This document shows positions 51,413 through 61,183 of a stretch of DNA of 64,000 nucleotides, one piece after another. The position numbers and the translations under genes are program-made. Origin of the DNA: an uncultured virus (IMG/VR IMGVR_UViG_2643221950_000001) (Duplodnaviria > Heunggongvirae > Uroviricota > Caudoviricetes); the IMG/VR virus record IMGVR_UViG_2643221950_000001, positions 1 to 64,000 of that record; one strand, 5' to 3'. The notes beneath the pieces are model-generated. The model was not told where the DNA came from. It saw nothing but the letters and a program-made list of their open reading frames with translations, and searched no databases. Within the stretch, counting starts at the first letter, position 1. Each line of letters begins with the position of its first letter.

Positions 51413-51676
51413 TTATTTTGTTAACCCTCTTTGTTTCAGGGCATCTTTTTGCAATTGACCTTTATAGGTCACATAATTATTTTTAAACCAAGCGATCACG
51501 GCAGTGACCATAGTGAAAATTGTGGAACCTGCCACATATAGTGCCTCTCCTACGGTTTGCACTTGCTCCTCGCTAATCGGCAGCACTGTTTGTCCAAACA
51601 TGACAAGCGTTTGGTTGATAAGCGCAATAAAAAGAAGCACTGTGCGAATCACAGTGCCTTTGTCGAATGTTTTCAT
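51413..51676 (-). CDS. xhlB: Holin, XhlB family
   Basis: [12 protein letters not shown]...WFKNNYVT. Confidence 0.9.
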   Translation of the reverse strand: MKTFDKGTVIRTVLLFIALINQTLVMFGQTVLPISEEQVQTVGEALYVAGSTIFTMVTAVIAWFKNNYVTYKGQLQKDALKQRGLTK

Positions 51677-51688
51677 GATGTTTTCCTC

Positions 51689-51910
51689 CTATTTTAAATT
51701 TCGTTCAATTTTATCGAGCTTGTCGATCACGACGTCATACTTCTCACTAAACTTTGCTAACACATCATTTTGCGCTTCGATTTGTTCATTGAGTTTGTTT
51801 TCTCTTTCCTTTGTTGTGTTTAATACGTAAAACAGCACCCAACAGAACAACACCGCAAACGGTCCTTGTGTCATTAAATATTGAGTCAAATCCATTTCCA
51901 CTACACTCAC
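51689..51910 (-). CDS. bhlA: BhlA-family holin-like protein
   Basis: Near-identical to 1542..1763. Confidence 0.88.
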   Translation of the reverse strand: MSVVEMDLTQYLMTQGPFAVLFCWVLFYVLNTTKERENKLNEQIEAQNDVLAKFSEKYDVVIDKLDKIERNLK

Positions 51911-51957
51911 CTACTCCCTCACTTTGCACATTCTAAAAGAAGGCAAAATAAAAACGC

Positions 51958-52104
51958 CTATTCAGCGTTAGTTGCATATTCTTCGTTTGTTATTTCTTTG
52001 TATTGTTCCGGCGTAATCTTCTCGAAACGAACAAATTTTGCTACATCTTCATTTTCATAACACTTCCATTGATAGAACAATGAAATACTACGGAACCAAT
52101 CCAA
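51958..52104 (-). CDS. XkdX-family protein, 48 aa (not in the ORF track)
   Basis: MDWFRSISLFYQWKCY...KITPEQYKEIT. Confidence 0.82.
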   Translation of the reverse strand: MDWFRSISLFYQWKCYENEDVAKFVRFEKITPEQYKEITNEEYATNAE

Positions 52105-52452
52105 TTACATAACCCCCTTTTCAGTCAGCAGCATGACAAGTTCTGATGTTGTTTTTGATTGTTCTTTTGCTCTCTTTTCTGACTCGGCCAGCTGCTCAAG
52201 CAAATCGGCGTTTTGCTGTTTTAATAGATCCATATCTGATGTTGGCAGCGGCTTTACCTGAAAGTGATCAATGTATTCTAGAGTTGCCGACTCATACCAT
52301 GCCCTTTTCTCTTCATTGTATTTACCTTTATACAAACCATCTTGAGGTCTTACATCTGTATGCCCTTTTAGGATGTCTTCGCCTTCTTCAATTTCTATTT
52401 CTTCTCCCGGGATGTAATTGAATTTATCATCGTATTTATATATCCATTTCAA
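52105..52452 (-). CDS. Putative tail-fibre chaperone
   Basis: Paralogue of 1955..2329. Confidence 0.72.
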   Translation of the reverse strand: MKWIYKYDDKFNYIPGEEIEIEEGEDILKGHTDVRPQDGLYKGKYNEEKRAWYESATLEYIDHFQVKPLPTSDMDLLKQQNADLLEQLAESEKRAKEQSKTTSELVMLLTEKGVM

Positions 52453-52454
52453 TT

Positions 52455-53873
52455 TTATCCCTCCTGTGCCGATATGAATTTAAAGCCGAAAGTAATAAAT
52501 TCATTTGTATTTGTCGTATTGGAAACGCTTTGTATATACACATTACCATCAGTATTAATATGTGTCCTGTGTGTTTGCGGTGTTGAAGCAGCACCAATAC
52601 TTGATGCTACCCCTATAAAATGCATCCCCTGTATAGGACGATAACCACTTGGCAATGTGAAAGCAGGTACTTCAAAACCTATAGTACCTCCTGTCATAGC
52701 TCCAATTAACTCCACCTCTCCAAATGGATTCTTATAAAATTGCACTTTTTGAGTGCCATATTGTTTCCATCCGTTTAATAGAGTGGTTGGGGACTTCCAT
52801 TCTATTTTCTCTGTGTCGGTTAACAAACGTTTCCAGCCAGTAAAAACACCATCAGTATGCACTGTTCCAAACCAATGCATATTGTCATAACTTCTAATGA
52901 TATGAAGAGTCTTACGTTTACCGGCTGCTTCTAGAATATCTACATTAAACCACGAGGCATCGGTCGTCGTTGGCATATTCACTGCATTCGTTCCAGAGAC
53001 ATAATAAAAACCAGAGGGCAAGGTGAGTATATCTGTGCCAGTTGGAATAAGCATTCTAGTTCCATTTGCATTTAATAATGGATGATCGTTCAGCCTCTTC
53101 CACCCGCTCCATTCTTGCTGAGTGCCCGTGACATCAGTCGTTGATCGATTGATGTACATATCACCTGTATTATTTGCCCCTATAATCCAGCCATAGGTAT
53201 TTTCACTAAAAACAGATAAGGCTCTCATAGAACTTCTTGTTGGCAGATCAGGGTGTGCTTCATGGATATACCACGAATGGACGCCTGGTAATTTTGTGAG
53301 CTTATCTAAAATACTAGGATCATTTGCATTAATTCTTTCGTAAGCCCTTCCGTCATCAGCAGTAATTTTAGATAATTGTCCTGCATCCCATTTATTTCTT
53401 TCATTTTGAGTAGGTAATTGAAGCCAGTTGATTCCGACATCATTCACATGATAGGAAAAACAAAATGCGTTGCCCGATGTATCAATTGCAATTCCTACAC
53501 CGATGTTATTTTGACCTACTAACTGAAAGCCTCTTAAAGCCGCATTCCCGATTGCGGGAGAATCGACTACTCCAGAACCTCCTGGCGCATAAAATGAACA
53601 GGCACCTAAAGATTTAATTCCATTATAAATACTCCCGCCAGCAGGGATATTAACCAACTGGGCCCCGTTATCATTCGTCATTTTATAGAGCTGGGATTGA
53701 TTCCATTTCTGCTTTTCTGTTTCAGCTGCATGAGATGTTGTGTCATTTTTGTGTTGATTGATTTGGTCCAATAGTCCAGCATCATTTTCAAGAATTACTT
53801 TAACCATGTTATTAAACAGTTCCGCATGGGCTTTGTCACTGGTTTTGAAAATACGAGGTGTCTTTATCTCCAT
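52455..53873 (-). CDS. Tail fibre 3
   Basis: Shared N-terminal SDKAHA.LFN module; repeated knob-like domains. Confidence 0.82.
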   Translation of the reverse strand: MEIKTPRIFKTSDKAHAELFNNMVKVILENDAGLLDQINQHKNDTTSHAAETEKQKWNQSQLYKMTNDNGAQLVNIPAGGSIYNGIKSLGACSFYAPGGSGVVDSPAIGNAALRGFQLVGQNNIGVGIAIDTSGNAFCFSYHVNDVGINWLQLPTQNERNKWDAGQLSKITADDGRAYERINANDPSILDKLTKLPGVHSWYIHEAHPDLPTRSSMRALSVFSENTYGWIIGANNTGDMYINRSTTDVTGTQQEWSGWKRLNDHPLLNANGTRMLIPTGTDILTLPSGFYYVSGTNAVNMPTTTDASWFNVDILEAAGKRKTLHIIRSYDNMHWFGTVHTDGVFTGWKRLLTDTEKIEWKSPTTLLNGWKQYGTQKVQFYKNPFGEVELIGAMTGGTIGFEVPAFTLPSGYRPIQGMHFIGVASSIGAASTPQTHRTHINTDGNVYIQSVSNTTNTNEFITFGFKFISAQEG

Positions 53874-53906
53874 CAGATTCTCCTTTCACCTTTCAGTTTT
53901 ATTACA

Positions 53907-55037
53907 TTATCTTGTACTGAACTTAAAACCAAATGTAATAAACTCAGTGGGATTGGCATTATTTGAAGAAGACTGCACACATACATTTCCATTCTTATCT
54001 ATTAATGTACGATGAAATTGAGGTACTCCTGGTGTCCCTATACTTGAAGCAACTCCTATAAAATGCATCGCTTGCTGCGGCCGATATGGTGCAGGCAAGT
54101 TAAACACTGGATTATTTCCTAAAATCCCACCTTTTATCGCACCTACGATCTCGACTTCCCCTAAGAGATTCTTTCGATATTTAACTGGTAAATTAACAGG
54201 ATCATATTCTTGCCAGTTGCCTTTAATTTCTTTAGGTGTTTCCCAAGCACCATCTAATAAATCGGAAAGCGTTATTTGCTTCTCCCAAGGTGTCCATGAT
54301 TCTGCATTGTGTTTAAGAACTCTAAAGTAGGTGTTCTTCCCATAAACAGATTCATAAGCTATTTGAACTAATGTATTGCCATAACTCATGACCAATAAAA
54401 ACACTCGATTCAAGGAAGAAGAGGGACCGTTTACTCCTGTATTATATATGAGATACATCCCTGTCTCAGTAAGGGTATTGTAGTCTGTCTCGCTAGAAAA
54501 TCCATGATAAAAGGGCTTTCCATTATCTTGAGTGATTTTTACTAATTGACCGTTATCCCACCTGTTTCTATCGCTTTCTGTAGGCAGCTTTGTCCAAGTA
54601 ATCGATGTATGACCGGTCTGATAATAAAAGGAATAAGCAATCCCAGAACTATCCACCGCAAAGCCAGTGCCGATATTTTCTTGTCCTACTGTCTGCAGTC
54701 CCCTGATTGAAACATTCGATGAAGCCGGGGAATCCTCCACACCAGCAGCTGCATAAAATGTACAAGTTCCTTTATATTTTATCGCATCAAATATTCTTCC
54801 GTCAGTTGACACATTGATCAGCTGTCTTCCACTATCTGCTGTGATTTTATAGCTCTGTGAATCATTCCATTTTTTCTTTTCTATTTCAGATGCGTGTACT
54901 TTCGCATCATTTGTATGTTTTAAGAACTGCTCTATTAATCTATGATCATTTTCAAGAAGTACTTTGACCATGTCATTAAACAAATCAGCATGTGCTTTAT
55001 CATTTACTTCAAAAGGCTTTGGTTCTTTTACTTCCAT
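53907..55037 (-). CDS. Tail fibre 2
   Basis: Shared N-terminal module; DYNTLTETG.Y knob-like domain. Confidence 0.82.
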   Translation of the reverse strand: MEVKEPKPFEVNDKAHADLFNDMVKVLLENDHRLIEQFLKHTNDAKVHASEIEKKKWNDSQSYKITADSGRQLINVSTDGRIFDAIKYKGTCTFYAAAGVEDSPASSNVSIRGLQTVGQENIGTGFAVDSSGIAYSFYYQTGHTSITWTKLPTESDRNRWDNGQLVKITQDNGKPFYHGFSSETDYNTLTETGMYLIYNTGVNGPSSSLNRVFLLVMSYGNTLVQIAYESVYGKNTYFRVLKHNAESWTPWEKQITLSDLLDGAWETPKEIKGNWQEYDPVNLPVKYRKNLLGEVEIVGAIKGGILGNNPVFNLPAPYRPQQAMHFIGVASSIGTPGVPQFHRTLIDKNGNVCVQSSSNNANPTEFITFGFKFSTR

Positions 55038-55044
55038 TCAATTT

Positions 55045-55218
55045 TCACTCCCTTTCTTTGATGCTTGGTGCCATTTCTTTCAGCTGCTCTAGAGTAAGAA
55101 TTCTTTGCTCATATCCTTCATTTAAATCTTCCATTGAACAATCACCTAGTTCGACTGCTTGTTTGACCAATTCAGGGGTCACCCATTTAAAATATAATGC
55201 CATTACCCAATAATTCAT
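55045..55218 (-). CDS. xkdX: XkdX, 57 aa (not in the ORF track)
   Basis: MNYWVMALYFKWVTPELVKQA. Confidence 0.8.
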   Translation of the reverse strand: MNYWVMALYFKWVTPELVKQAVELGDCSMEDLNEGYEQRILTLEQLKEMAPSIKERE

Positions 55219-55544
55219 GATTCACTATCTCCTTTAAATAAAAGGATCTCATTTTTTAGCTTCTTTAGTTCGCTTGTTAAATGATCACATTGATGTTCAA
55301 GCTGTTTTCTCATTAGCTTTTCTTTAGCTACTTCTTGTGCTAGATAATCTAGCGGCAGAGGTGGTTGATATCTTGGATTGATTTGACATTCCTCCCACCA
55401 TTCTTTCAATTCTTCTACCGTTGGCTCGGGCACATCTAGATGCCACTCGTTTATATACGAACCGTCTCCGTCATTTCTAAGTTCAAAATCTTTTTGCGGG
55501 TCTGCATCGGGGTATTTATACTTAATGGCTTCATATAAAATCAT
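55215..55544 (-). CDS. xkdW: XkdW
   Basis: MILYEAIKYKYP.A.P.KDFELRNDGDGSYI. Confidence 0.88.
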   Translation of the reverse strand: MILYEAIKYKYPDADPQKDFELRNDGDGSYINEWHLDVPEPTVEELKEWWEECQINPRYQPPLPLDYLAQEVAKEKLMRKQLEHQCDHLTSELKKLKNEILLFKGDSES

Positions 55545-55554
55545 CAGAATCCTC

Positions 55555-56433
55555 CTATACTCTCGGGAAATTTCGTCCGCCTATTTCTGTAATGTCGAAA
55601 TAGTTGTACCAGCCTGAATTTTCCGACACATATCGACTAACGTCTCCGTCATACCCTACATATAGGTACATTTCTAAATAGTCTCCCTTATTCGCTGGCA
55701 CATTGGCAGCACCATAAAGCCCGGTACTTAAGCTCAATGTATCAGATGGGCTTGCAGGGCTTTGTCTATGGTGAGCAATATTTTTATATCTTTTTCCATT
55801 CAAATAGATCGATAATTCAAAGTTCGCGTATCGTTGAAAGCTTTCAATATAAACACCTGCATTCACTGAATACATTCCGTTTTCAGGGCAGATGAACCGA
55901 TTATTTTTGATATCAAAATTGTTATGACTGTCTTTAATTTTTCGATTAAAAAGGACTTTTTGATACTCTCCTTTGGTTAATAACTGCTTTCCAGTTGTAC
56001 CTATATTGGCATGACAAAACCCTGAGATTTTGTGCCATTCAGTCCAGCCAGACCCCGTCCACCAGTGACGACACCACGTACCTGTACTATCAAAATAGCT
56101 GCCTGCTTCGTTTCCAGTTCCATAGTAATATTGAATAAATCGAAAGTTACTATATTTTTCATTTTTCACAAAGCCAAATCTCGTAGGATAACCGGTATCA
56201 TTCGCTTGTCCAATATCCATAAACGTAATACCTATTGGATATTCCTCGCCGCTGACTGATGCATCTTGAATGGCTTGATCGCCTGTTAATTTGAATAAAC
56301 TTTCATTCGTGATCCCTGCTATTTGTTGACTGAGCGCATTGTCATTCTCCACAAGTGTGTTGACCATCCGGTTAAATAAGTTGGCATGGGCTTTGTCAGA
56401 GGTTTCAAACGGTAAAGGTGATTTTATGTCCAC
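55555..56433 (-). CDS. Tail fibre 1 with C1q/TNF-like C-terminal domain
   Basis: Shared N-terminal module; FD....RF.CP.NG.Y...GDYLE. Confidence 0.8.
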   Translation of the reverse strand: MDIKSPLPFETSDKAHANLFNRMVNTLVENDNALSQQIAGITNESLFKLTGDQAIQDASVSGEEYPIGITFMDIGQANDTGYPTRFGFVKNEKYSNFRFIQYYYGTGNEAGSYFDSTGTWCRHWWTGSGWTEWHKISGFCHANIGTTGKQLLTKGEYQKVLFNRKIKDSHNNFDIKNNRFICPENGMYSVNAGVYIESFQRYANFELSIYLNGKRYKNIAHHRQSPASPSDTLSLSTGLYGAANVPANKGDYLEMYLYVGYDGDVSRYVSENSGWYNYFDITEIGGRNFPRV

Positions 56434-56448
56434 TTCTTTTCCCCTCCA

Positions 56449-56832
56449 TTAATAAATATCATCAATCTCAAAAACAAATTCGATGTCGCCGTCTTTTTGT
56501 TTGTCTGTCATGGTTCGGATGGCGGTGAATTTGCCCGCTTCGTCGACAAGGGCTAGTTCATTGATGACTTCGCCTGCGAGTTCTCCTTCAGCGATGGTGC
56601 AGGTGTAGCGGATTTTTGCCGGTTCCATGAAGGTAAACGAGTCAATATTTTTTTGAATCAGTTCTTTTTTGAGTGCTTGTTCGGTTCCGTCAAGAGAGAT
56701 TGGTTTTCCATCCTTTGTTCCTCCACTTCCGAACGCCATTTTGACGACTTTTGTGAGTTTTGTTCCTTCTGCTCGTGCCTTTGCCATTTGTTGACGTGCA
56801 TATAGTGTGGTTACGGTTAATTGATCAGCCAT
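56449..56832 (-). CDS. Tail collar / fibre-attachment protein
   Basis: Near-identical to 3483..3866. Confidence 0.8.
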   Translation of the reverse strand: MADQLTVTTLYARQQMAKARAEGTKLTKVVKMAFGSGGTKDGKPISLDGTEQALKKELIQKNIDSFTFMEPAKIRYTCTIAEGELAGEVINELALVDEAGKFTAIRTMTDKQKDGDIEFVFEIDDIY

Positions 56833-56843
56833 TGTGATCCTCC

Positions 56844-57767
56844 TTATAGGTCTATTTTTTTAGAAGTTGCTGCTAGCATTTTTGATCCATCAAGCGGAAT
56901 GGATCCATCGAGAATCCAATAATGCTCCTTGATCAGTAAACTGCCGTCTTGTTCATTTTGAACATGTACCGGTAAGCGGAACGTCATCCTCTTTTTCATT
57001 TGATGTGAAAGCTGGTTCTTTGCGCGCAAAGTCAGCGTAGCTGCTTGCTTCGTTTCATGCGATGCTCCAGTCATGACATAATTCAGACGATATGCTGTTT
57101 CTTTCTCTTGTTGAAGCAGCATTCTCATCTTTAATGAATGCCGAAAGCGAGCAGGGACCTCCGTAGTACCTCGTATCCCGCTGAGATAGAACGTTCCATT
57201 TAATACGAATTCACCATTGAGTAAAATTGGAATATGATCGAAAAAGCCCACTCTGCTTCGCAGTGTGAGCCGCTGGTGATGATCATTTGTTTCATGAACA
57301 TCGGTATGATGAATGGCGGTGAACGTATACGCCAAATGTGCTGGCTTTAACGTTTCGAGTATTTCGACGATATATCTTGTGTTTTGCAGGTCATCCAGGT
57401 TGACACGCAATGCAAAATGATAACGATTGGTTGTAAGTCGGATGATCGCACTCGGATTTTTAAGAAATCGATTCACAGATTTCTCTAATGACAGATACGT
57501 AATTGGTGGGATGTTCGACATCATATTAAGTAATCGCGCTCTGCGCAGCTCAATCGAATCATCTGACTCTCGCTGCACCTTGAGCATTCTTTCCCACCGA
57601 TTCAATCCCCACGTCGCTGTTAAAGGGAAAAATTGATTCGTTACATCAAAAATGGATTCATCCAATTGTTCAAACTCTGGCGCCTCCGTTTTTAGTAAAT
57701 GATCCACATCATAAATCTCTGTGAAATAAGGCGGCAAGTAGTTTTTCATTTCATCAAGTTTGCTCAA
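56844..57767 (-). CDS. xkdU: Baseplate wedge protein
   Basis: TATWGL.RWE, KPAHL. Confidence 0.8.
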   Translation of the reverse strand: MSKLDEMKNYLPPYFTEIYDVDHLLKTEAPEFEQLDESIFDVTNQFFPLTATWGLNRWERMLKVQRESDDSIELRRARLLNMMSNIPPITYLSLEKSVNRFLKNPSAIIRLTTNRYHFALRVNLDDLQNTRYIVEILETLKPAHLAYTFTAIHHTDVHETNDHHQRLTLRSRVGFFDHIPILLNGEFVLNGTFYLSGIRGTTEVPARFRHSLKMRMLLQQEKETAYRLNYVMTGASHETKQAATLTLRAKNQLSHQMKKRMTFRLPVHVQNEQDGSLLIKEHYWILDGSIPLDGSKMLAATSKKIDL

Positions 57768-58800
57768 TAACCTTCACCTGCCTCAGACGTGGTATCTCAA
57801 TGTCCTGTAATACTAAGTTTTTTGACTCCCCATTCAATAAGACGTTTGCATAATCGGACACACTCTCTGAATGGTACAAAATATCATTTAAAGCGGACAT
57901 TCGAATCGTACTTTTTTCAAATGCGATTGATTTTAACAGTGCTTTGACCTTTTCTTCTATTTCTTTTTGCGCACCCTCAAGTGTCCAGTCCATCTGAAGT
58001 TCGACGGACACTTCTACGTCAATATCCAGCCACTTGGCGCTTTCCACAGTTGCTTTTGAGCCAATAGGAGCTTGCCCTTCTCCTTCTCCCGGTACAGGAT
58101 CGATATACTCCTGGACCCTTTTGACAAGAAGCTCAGATGCTACATCTAGATTGCCATCTGTGATGACAATTTTGACCGTTCCCTCTCCATTCCATAGCGG
58201 GAACACTTTCGCTCTGCCGACACCAACCACTTCCTCGGCCCACTTTTTGTAATGTGCTCTGTTGGCACTGACAGCCTCTCGCCTTGCGCGTATTAAATAC
58301 CGATCGTATAATGACGCATCATCTTCTTCCTCTTGCCCTGGTATCACCAATTCCTTCATGATCATCGACTCTAGACCTGGAATGGTATCAAGCGATAGCA
58401 GCGGCTGACCTGTTAATTGCCCATTGCCGGCTGTACCAGTTGTCTCGCATTCTAGTGTACCGTCCTTTGAAAATTGAAAATAAACGTCTTCAATAAAGAA
58501 TCTTGATCCTGCTGGAATGTTTACGTTCTCTGGTTGAATGGTTACGGACCACACCGCTTTGGTGGCTGGCTTTCGTTCAATCCCTACTTCTGCCGCTCGG
58601 CGATCTAAAAATTCCCCCTGTGCTGTATCAGCAAAGACAAGCTCAAACACTTGATCAAGCCAAATATACGACTGAGCCAGTTCAGCAGCAGCAGGCGCCA
58701 AGGCATTCCAAATGACGCTGTTTTCTCTTTTATCTATGTCATCTGGCAGCCTGTCCAGCATTCTTTCCATCAACGCCTCATACGTTTGCTCCTCAAACAT
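57754..58800 (-). CDS. xkdT: Baseplate J-like protein
   Basis: Same motifs as the prophage copy. Confidence 0.9.
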   Translation of the reverse strand: MFEEQTYEALMERMLDRLPDDIDKRENSVIWNALAPAAAELAQSYIWLDQVFELVFADTAQGEFLDRRAAEVGIERKPATKAVWSVTIQPENVNIPAGSRFFIEDVYFQFSKDGTLECETTGTAGNGQLTGQPLLSLDTIPGLESMIMKELVIPGQEEEDDASLYDRYLIRARREAVSANRAHYKKWAEEVVGVGRAKVFPLWNGEGTVKIVITDGNLDVASELLVKRVQEYIDPVPGEGEGQAPIGSKATVESAKWLDIDVEVSVELQMDWTLEGAQKEIEEKVKALLKSIAFEKSTIRMSALNDILYHSESVSDYANVLLNGESKNLVLQDIEIPRLRQVKVIEQT

Positions 58801-59224
58801 CTCCCTCCATCACCTCCTCTATTTCTAATGTGCCTTCATCTGTGACAATGGCTAGTTTGACTTGAAAGGCATCATTTTGCTTCGTGACCTCTATCTCTTC
58901 AATATGATCAATCCGCTCATCAACGACCAATGCTTCTTCTAGCAATCTTGGAATCTCCATTTCTTTGTATTCATCTGTTGCTTCTGTATCGGTCAATAGC
59001 TCCTGAATTTCAGTGCCAATGTCGTGACTGTAAATGGGATGTGCATAGCGCTCTGTTCGCAATGTCATATAAATAAATTGTCGGATCGCTTCAATGCCTG
59101 TAATGGCTTCATTTGTCAGCCTACCATTTACAAAATCTATGCGATACGTCGTCGAGGTTTCTACCTCTTCGTCTTCTTCTGTTTCCTCGATTTCTTCCTC
59201 TGGTGAAAGTGCCACATTCATCAC
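58793..59224 (-). CDS. xkdS: DUF2634 baseplate protein
   Basis: [14 protein letters not shown]. Confidence 0.85.
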   Translation of the reverse strand: MMNVALSPEEEIEETEEDEEVETSTTYRIDFVNGRLTNEAITGIEAIRQFIYMTLRTERYAHPIYSHDIGTEIQELLTDTEATDEYKEMEIPRLLEEALVVDERIDHIEEIEVTKQNDAFQVKLAIVTDEGTLEIEEVMEGDV

Positions 59225-59229
59225 CTCCC

Positions 59230-59496
59230 TTACAATTTGTCGATGATGTAAAAGGACTGCCCTCCTGCCATTGCAAGTACCATAATGCTGTCTCCCCTTT
59301 TCAACTCATCATCCTCACCCTTATTTAAGCGTTTAGGCCAAATAAGCAGTTCTTCTGGAATGATCAGCTTACTGTTTTCATTTAATCGGATGTGAAGAGG
59401 CGAAGCCATTGTGACCTCTCCAATCACCAGATCAATTGGAGAAGCTGCATCTACTGCATTGACAGCGAGTCGTTTAATTGCTTCACTTAATCTCAT
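59230..59496 (-). CDS. xkdR: DUF2577 protein
   Basis: Paralogue of 6256..6537. Confidence 0.85.
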   Translation of the reverse strand: MRLSEAIKRLAVNAVDAASPIDLVIGEVTMASPLHIRLNENSKLIIPEELLIWPKRLNKGEDDELKRGDSIMVLAMAGGQSFYIIDKL

Positions 59497-60503
59497 GCTT
59501 GATCACCCTTTGGCATGGAATTTTTCTCAACGACGTCAATTGTCATGGTGTGCTTCACTCCATTGAATTCATGCTTGTCTTGATCGATCCAGTAGGTTTT
59601 TTTGATGTTGAATTCAGGGATTTTCAAATAGATTGGCAGACCGCTTTGCAGTTCAGGGATTCCGAGTGCTTGTATGCTTTTCACTTCTTGTTTGACGCCT
59701 TTTTTTTCAGCTAGTCGTACTTTCGCTCTTTTTTGAAGCTGCGGCTGGTTGATTTGACCTGTGACCGTCTCCACATGCTGTAAAATGCCGTACTGACTCT
59801 GACCCGCTTTGTCCTGTTCGATCACCACAATATCTGATTTGCTACCTTTTTTCTTATTCTTGCCCTGTTCGTCTACAGACGTGCGCATCTTCACACGTGT
59901 TGCTGTCTCTTCAATGGAGGTGCTGTACTGATAACCGATGAGGTTGACCCCTGATTCAATGACCCACACGTCCTCTGGATCGGGCCAAGCTCTCAGCCCC
60001 ATCTTGCCTTTAGCAGAATAAATTTGATAATTTCTACCGGTTTGCCGCTTCGTTTCCTTCAATGCTTTTAAAATGATGTCATATAAACTCGTGTCATTTT
60101 TAAAGACGAGAGACTTCATGACATGTCCTGTATTTGCGATGGATGTCATAGGGATTTGAAAGTCTGCCCCGATCCGCCTCAAAATTTGATCTGCCCGTTG
60201 ATTTGAAAAAACATATACATCTTGGTTTTTCACTAAATATTGGAGCATATCGTATGCGGTAAAGGTCAGCTTTCCTTCAACAGGCGTCCTAGAAAACACG
60301 ATGCCTCTGAACAGCTCTTTTCCTTTCCATTTAAAAAGAACCGTGTCTCCTTCTGAGACACGGTAATATGTTTGACTGCCTTGCTTTGTGATAATGTTCG
60401 CCTGAATAGAGCGAGGGGCCTGATACCTTTGCCCCTGAAGTGTCACACTCTCTGTGACAAGCTCATACATCGTACCGCTTCTGATGGCAAAAAGCTCAAT
60501 CAA
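59493..60503 (-). CDS. xkdQ: Baseplate hub protein
   Basis: Paralogue of 6534..7631. Confidence 0.85.
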   Translation of the reverse strand: MIELFAIRSGTMYELVTESVTLQGQRYQAPRSIQANIITKQGSQTYYRVSEGDTVLFKWKGKELFRGIVFSRTPVEGKLTFTAYDMLQYLVKNQDVYVFSNQRADQILRRIGADFQIPMTSIANTGHVMKSLVFKNDTSLYDIILKALKETKRQTGRNYQIYSAKGKMGLRAWPDPEDVWVIESGVNLIGYQYSTSIEETATRVKMRTSVDEQGKNKKKGSKSDIVVIEQDKAGQSQYGILQHVETVTGQINQPQLQKRAKVRLAEKKGVKQEVKSIQALGIPELQSGLPIYLKIPEFNIKKTYWIDQDKHEFNGVKHTMTIDVVEKNSMPKGDQA

Positions 60504-60514
60504 TGTCAGCCCCC

Positions 60515-61183
60515 CTATTGTGGTATTTTCAATTTTTGCCCTGGAAAAATCCAATATCCCGGCTGTTTAATATTGAGTTTACTTCGTTTGATCATCGCTG
60601 CTTTATTGGCATTCCAAATACGCCGCCATTTTGTACTATCGCCATAAAAACGGCCTGAAATGGCCCAAAGAGTATCTCCTTTTTTAACAGTGTACAATTT
60701 TGGTGGTGTTTTTGAGGGTCTTTTCTTTTTGGTTTGTTTCGCTTTTTTCTTTCGTTTGATTTTCCTAGGCGATGCGGTTTTATATTCCTTTAACTCGATC
60801 GTAAATTCACGATCACCTATGTCATAAGACCCTTCCTTGTGAGTGAAGCTCTCAATGCTGCACGTCATATTGATTTTAGTCCCTGTCACAATCAGTCGCA
60901 CAGACTTCTTTGAACGCATCATTCGTTCAATTTTCGCTATTGCATTCTCTGGTGATGGAATGCTTTTATATTCAGCAATTGGCGAATATTTCTTAGGAAA
61001 TAATGAGGTGAATGATACTTGTTTAGCCGATGGTACATCAATAAAAGTCAGTTCTCCAAAGGAGGAGACCTTCACCGTTTCATTTTGTACGTTATTTGTG
61101 ATCTCAAGTTCGGATGGAAGCACAGGGAATCGCAACTTCTCCTTGCCTTGGGAAATCCACAATTGATACACTGATTTACCCAT
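60515..61183 (-). CDS. xkdP: LysM tail protein
   Basis: [10 protein letters not shown]. Confidence 0.9.
   Translation of the reverse strand: MGKSVYQLWISQGKEKLRFPVLPSELEITNNVQNETVKVSSFGELTFIDVPSAKQVSFTSLFPKKYSPIAEYKSIPSPENAIAKIERMMRSKKSVRLIVTGTKINMTCSIESFTHKEGSYDIGDREFTIELKEYKTASPRKIKRKKKAKQTKKKRPSKTPPKLYTVKKGDTLWAISGRFYGDSTKWRRIWNANKAAMIKRSKLNIKQPGYWIFPGQKLKIPQ

Noticed and set aside
52455..56433. Shufflon or diversity-generating retroelement acting on the fibres
   Set aside because: No invertase, inverted cassettes, reverse transcriptase or TR/VR pair seen
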